Shown: positions 63,691 to 64,000 of the stretch, piece after piece | Layout of the letters: each line of letters opens with the position of its first letter | How positions within the stretch are numbered: the first letter of the stretch is position 1 | NCBI GenBank assembly: GCA_038496445.1 | Contig: JALMLS010000548.1 | Coordinates: forward strand, 62,001 to 126,000 | Direction: 5' to 3' | DNA from: Trichosphaerium sp. ATCC 40318 | Lineage: Eukaryota > Protista > Tubulinea | Length of the DNA stretch: 64,000 nt | Notes under the pieces: model-generated | Seen by the model: only the letters and a program-made list of their open reading frames with translations | Told to the model about the DNA's origin: nothing | Database searches by the model: none | Position numbers and translations under genes: made by a program

Positions 63691-64000
63691 CATATGGTAC
63701 CGTAATGTGAGACGATACTTTACTAGTTTTAGTTTCGTGCTAGCACGCAGGTAATTTGCATACAACGTCACGAAAGAAAGAAGTTGTAGCTACATAAGCG
63801 TAATGATTTTTGCTCTGTTTTACTACTTTCCAAGGCCAGTGTCGTTTCATATTGTCCTAACTACCACAAATGTCGTGGCAGATGTCTAAAATCTCAGGTA
63901 AAATGATTGCCGATGCCTCATTCAGGCTTCACAATGACTTGCGAAGTTTCACGTGTCAATGGGGTACCGTACGATGTAGTCAGCTGCTGGATGGACAACT

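Overview
AT-rich, gene-dense eukaryotic DNA with many short spliceosomal introns (about 40-130 bp, donors often GTACG/GTAAG/GTATG), so the ORF track mostly shows single exons. The gene content (DNA-PKcs, VTC, filamin repeats, Pmp-like surface protein) suggests a free-living protist, probably an amoebozoan (inference). In order: (1) 3' ~14 kb of DNA-PKcs (+); (2) an AIFM2/FSP1-like flavoprotein fused to an NmrA-like domain (-); (3) a small basic protein (+); (4) a GPR107/108 (GOST/LUSTR)-like 7TM protein (-); (5) a hypothetical protein (+); (6) an SPX-VTC-DUF202 polyphosphate polymerase subunit that looks non-catalytic (+); (7) a secreted GH30-like glycosidase lacking the usual nucleophile Glu (+); (8) a GGA[IL]/FxxN Pmp-like single-pass membrane protein (-); (9) a ~13.7 kb giant repeat-protein gene (-) with 21 copies of an unfamiliar SSVQHVxYxNAxKSPKFPxExHE motif in PEVK-like linkers, six exon-duplicated KKKLTFGQRMALKKK/charged-helix modules and a C-terminal DFRxxL motif; (10) a CCR4/PDE12-like EEP nuclease (-); (11) a helical-bundle/RA/pseudo-RhoGAP protein (+); (12) a cytosolic multi-thioredoxin protein (+); (13) a rearranged end region where a ~1.1 kb segmental duplication carrying an intronless orphan ORF brackets an intronless F-box-like/MORN-variant gene and a filamin-repeat gene. 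CACGTG is strongly over-represented, and several GC-AG introns start with GCACGTG. Exon boundaries were read by eye and gene ends are approximate where stated.
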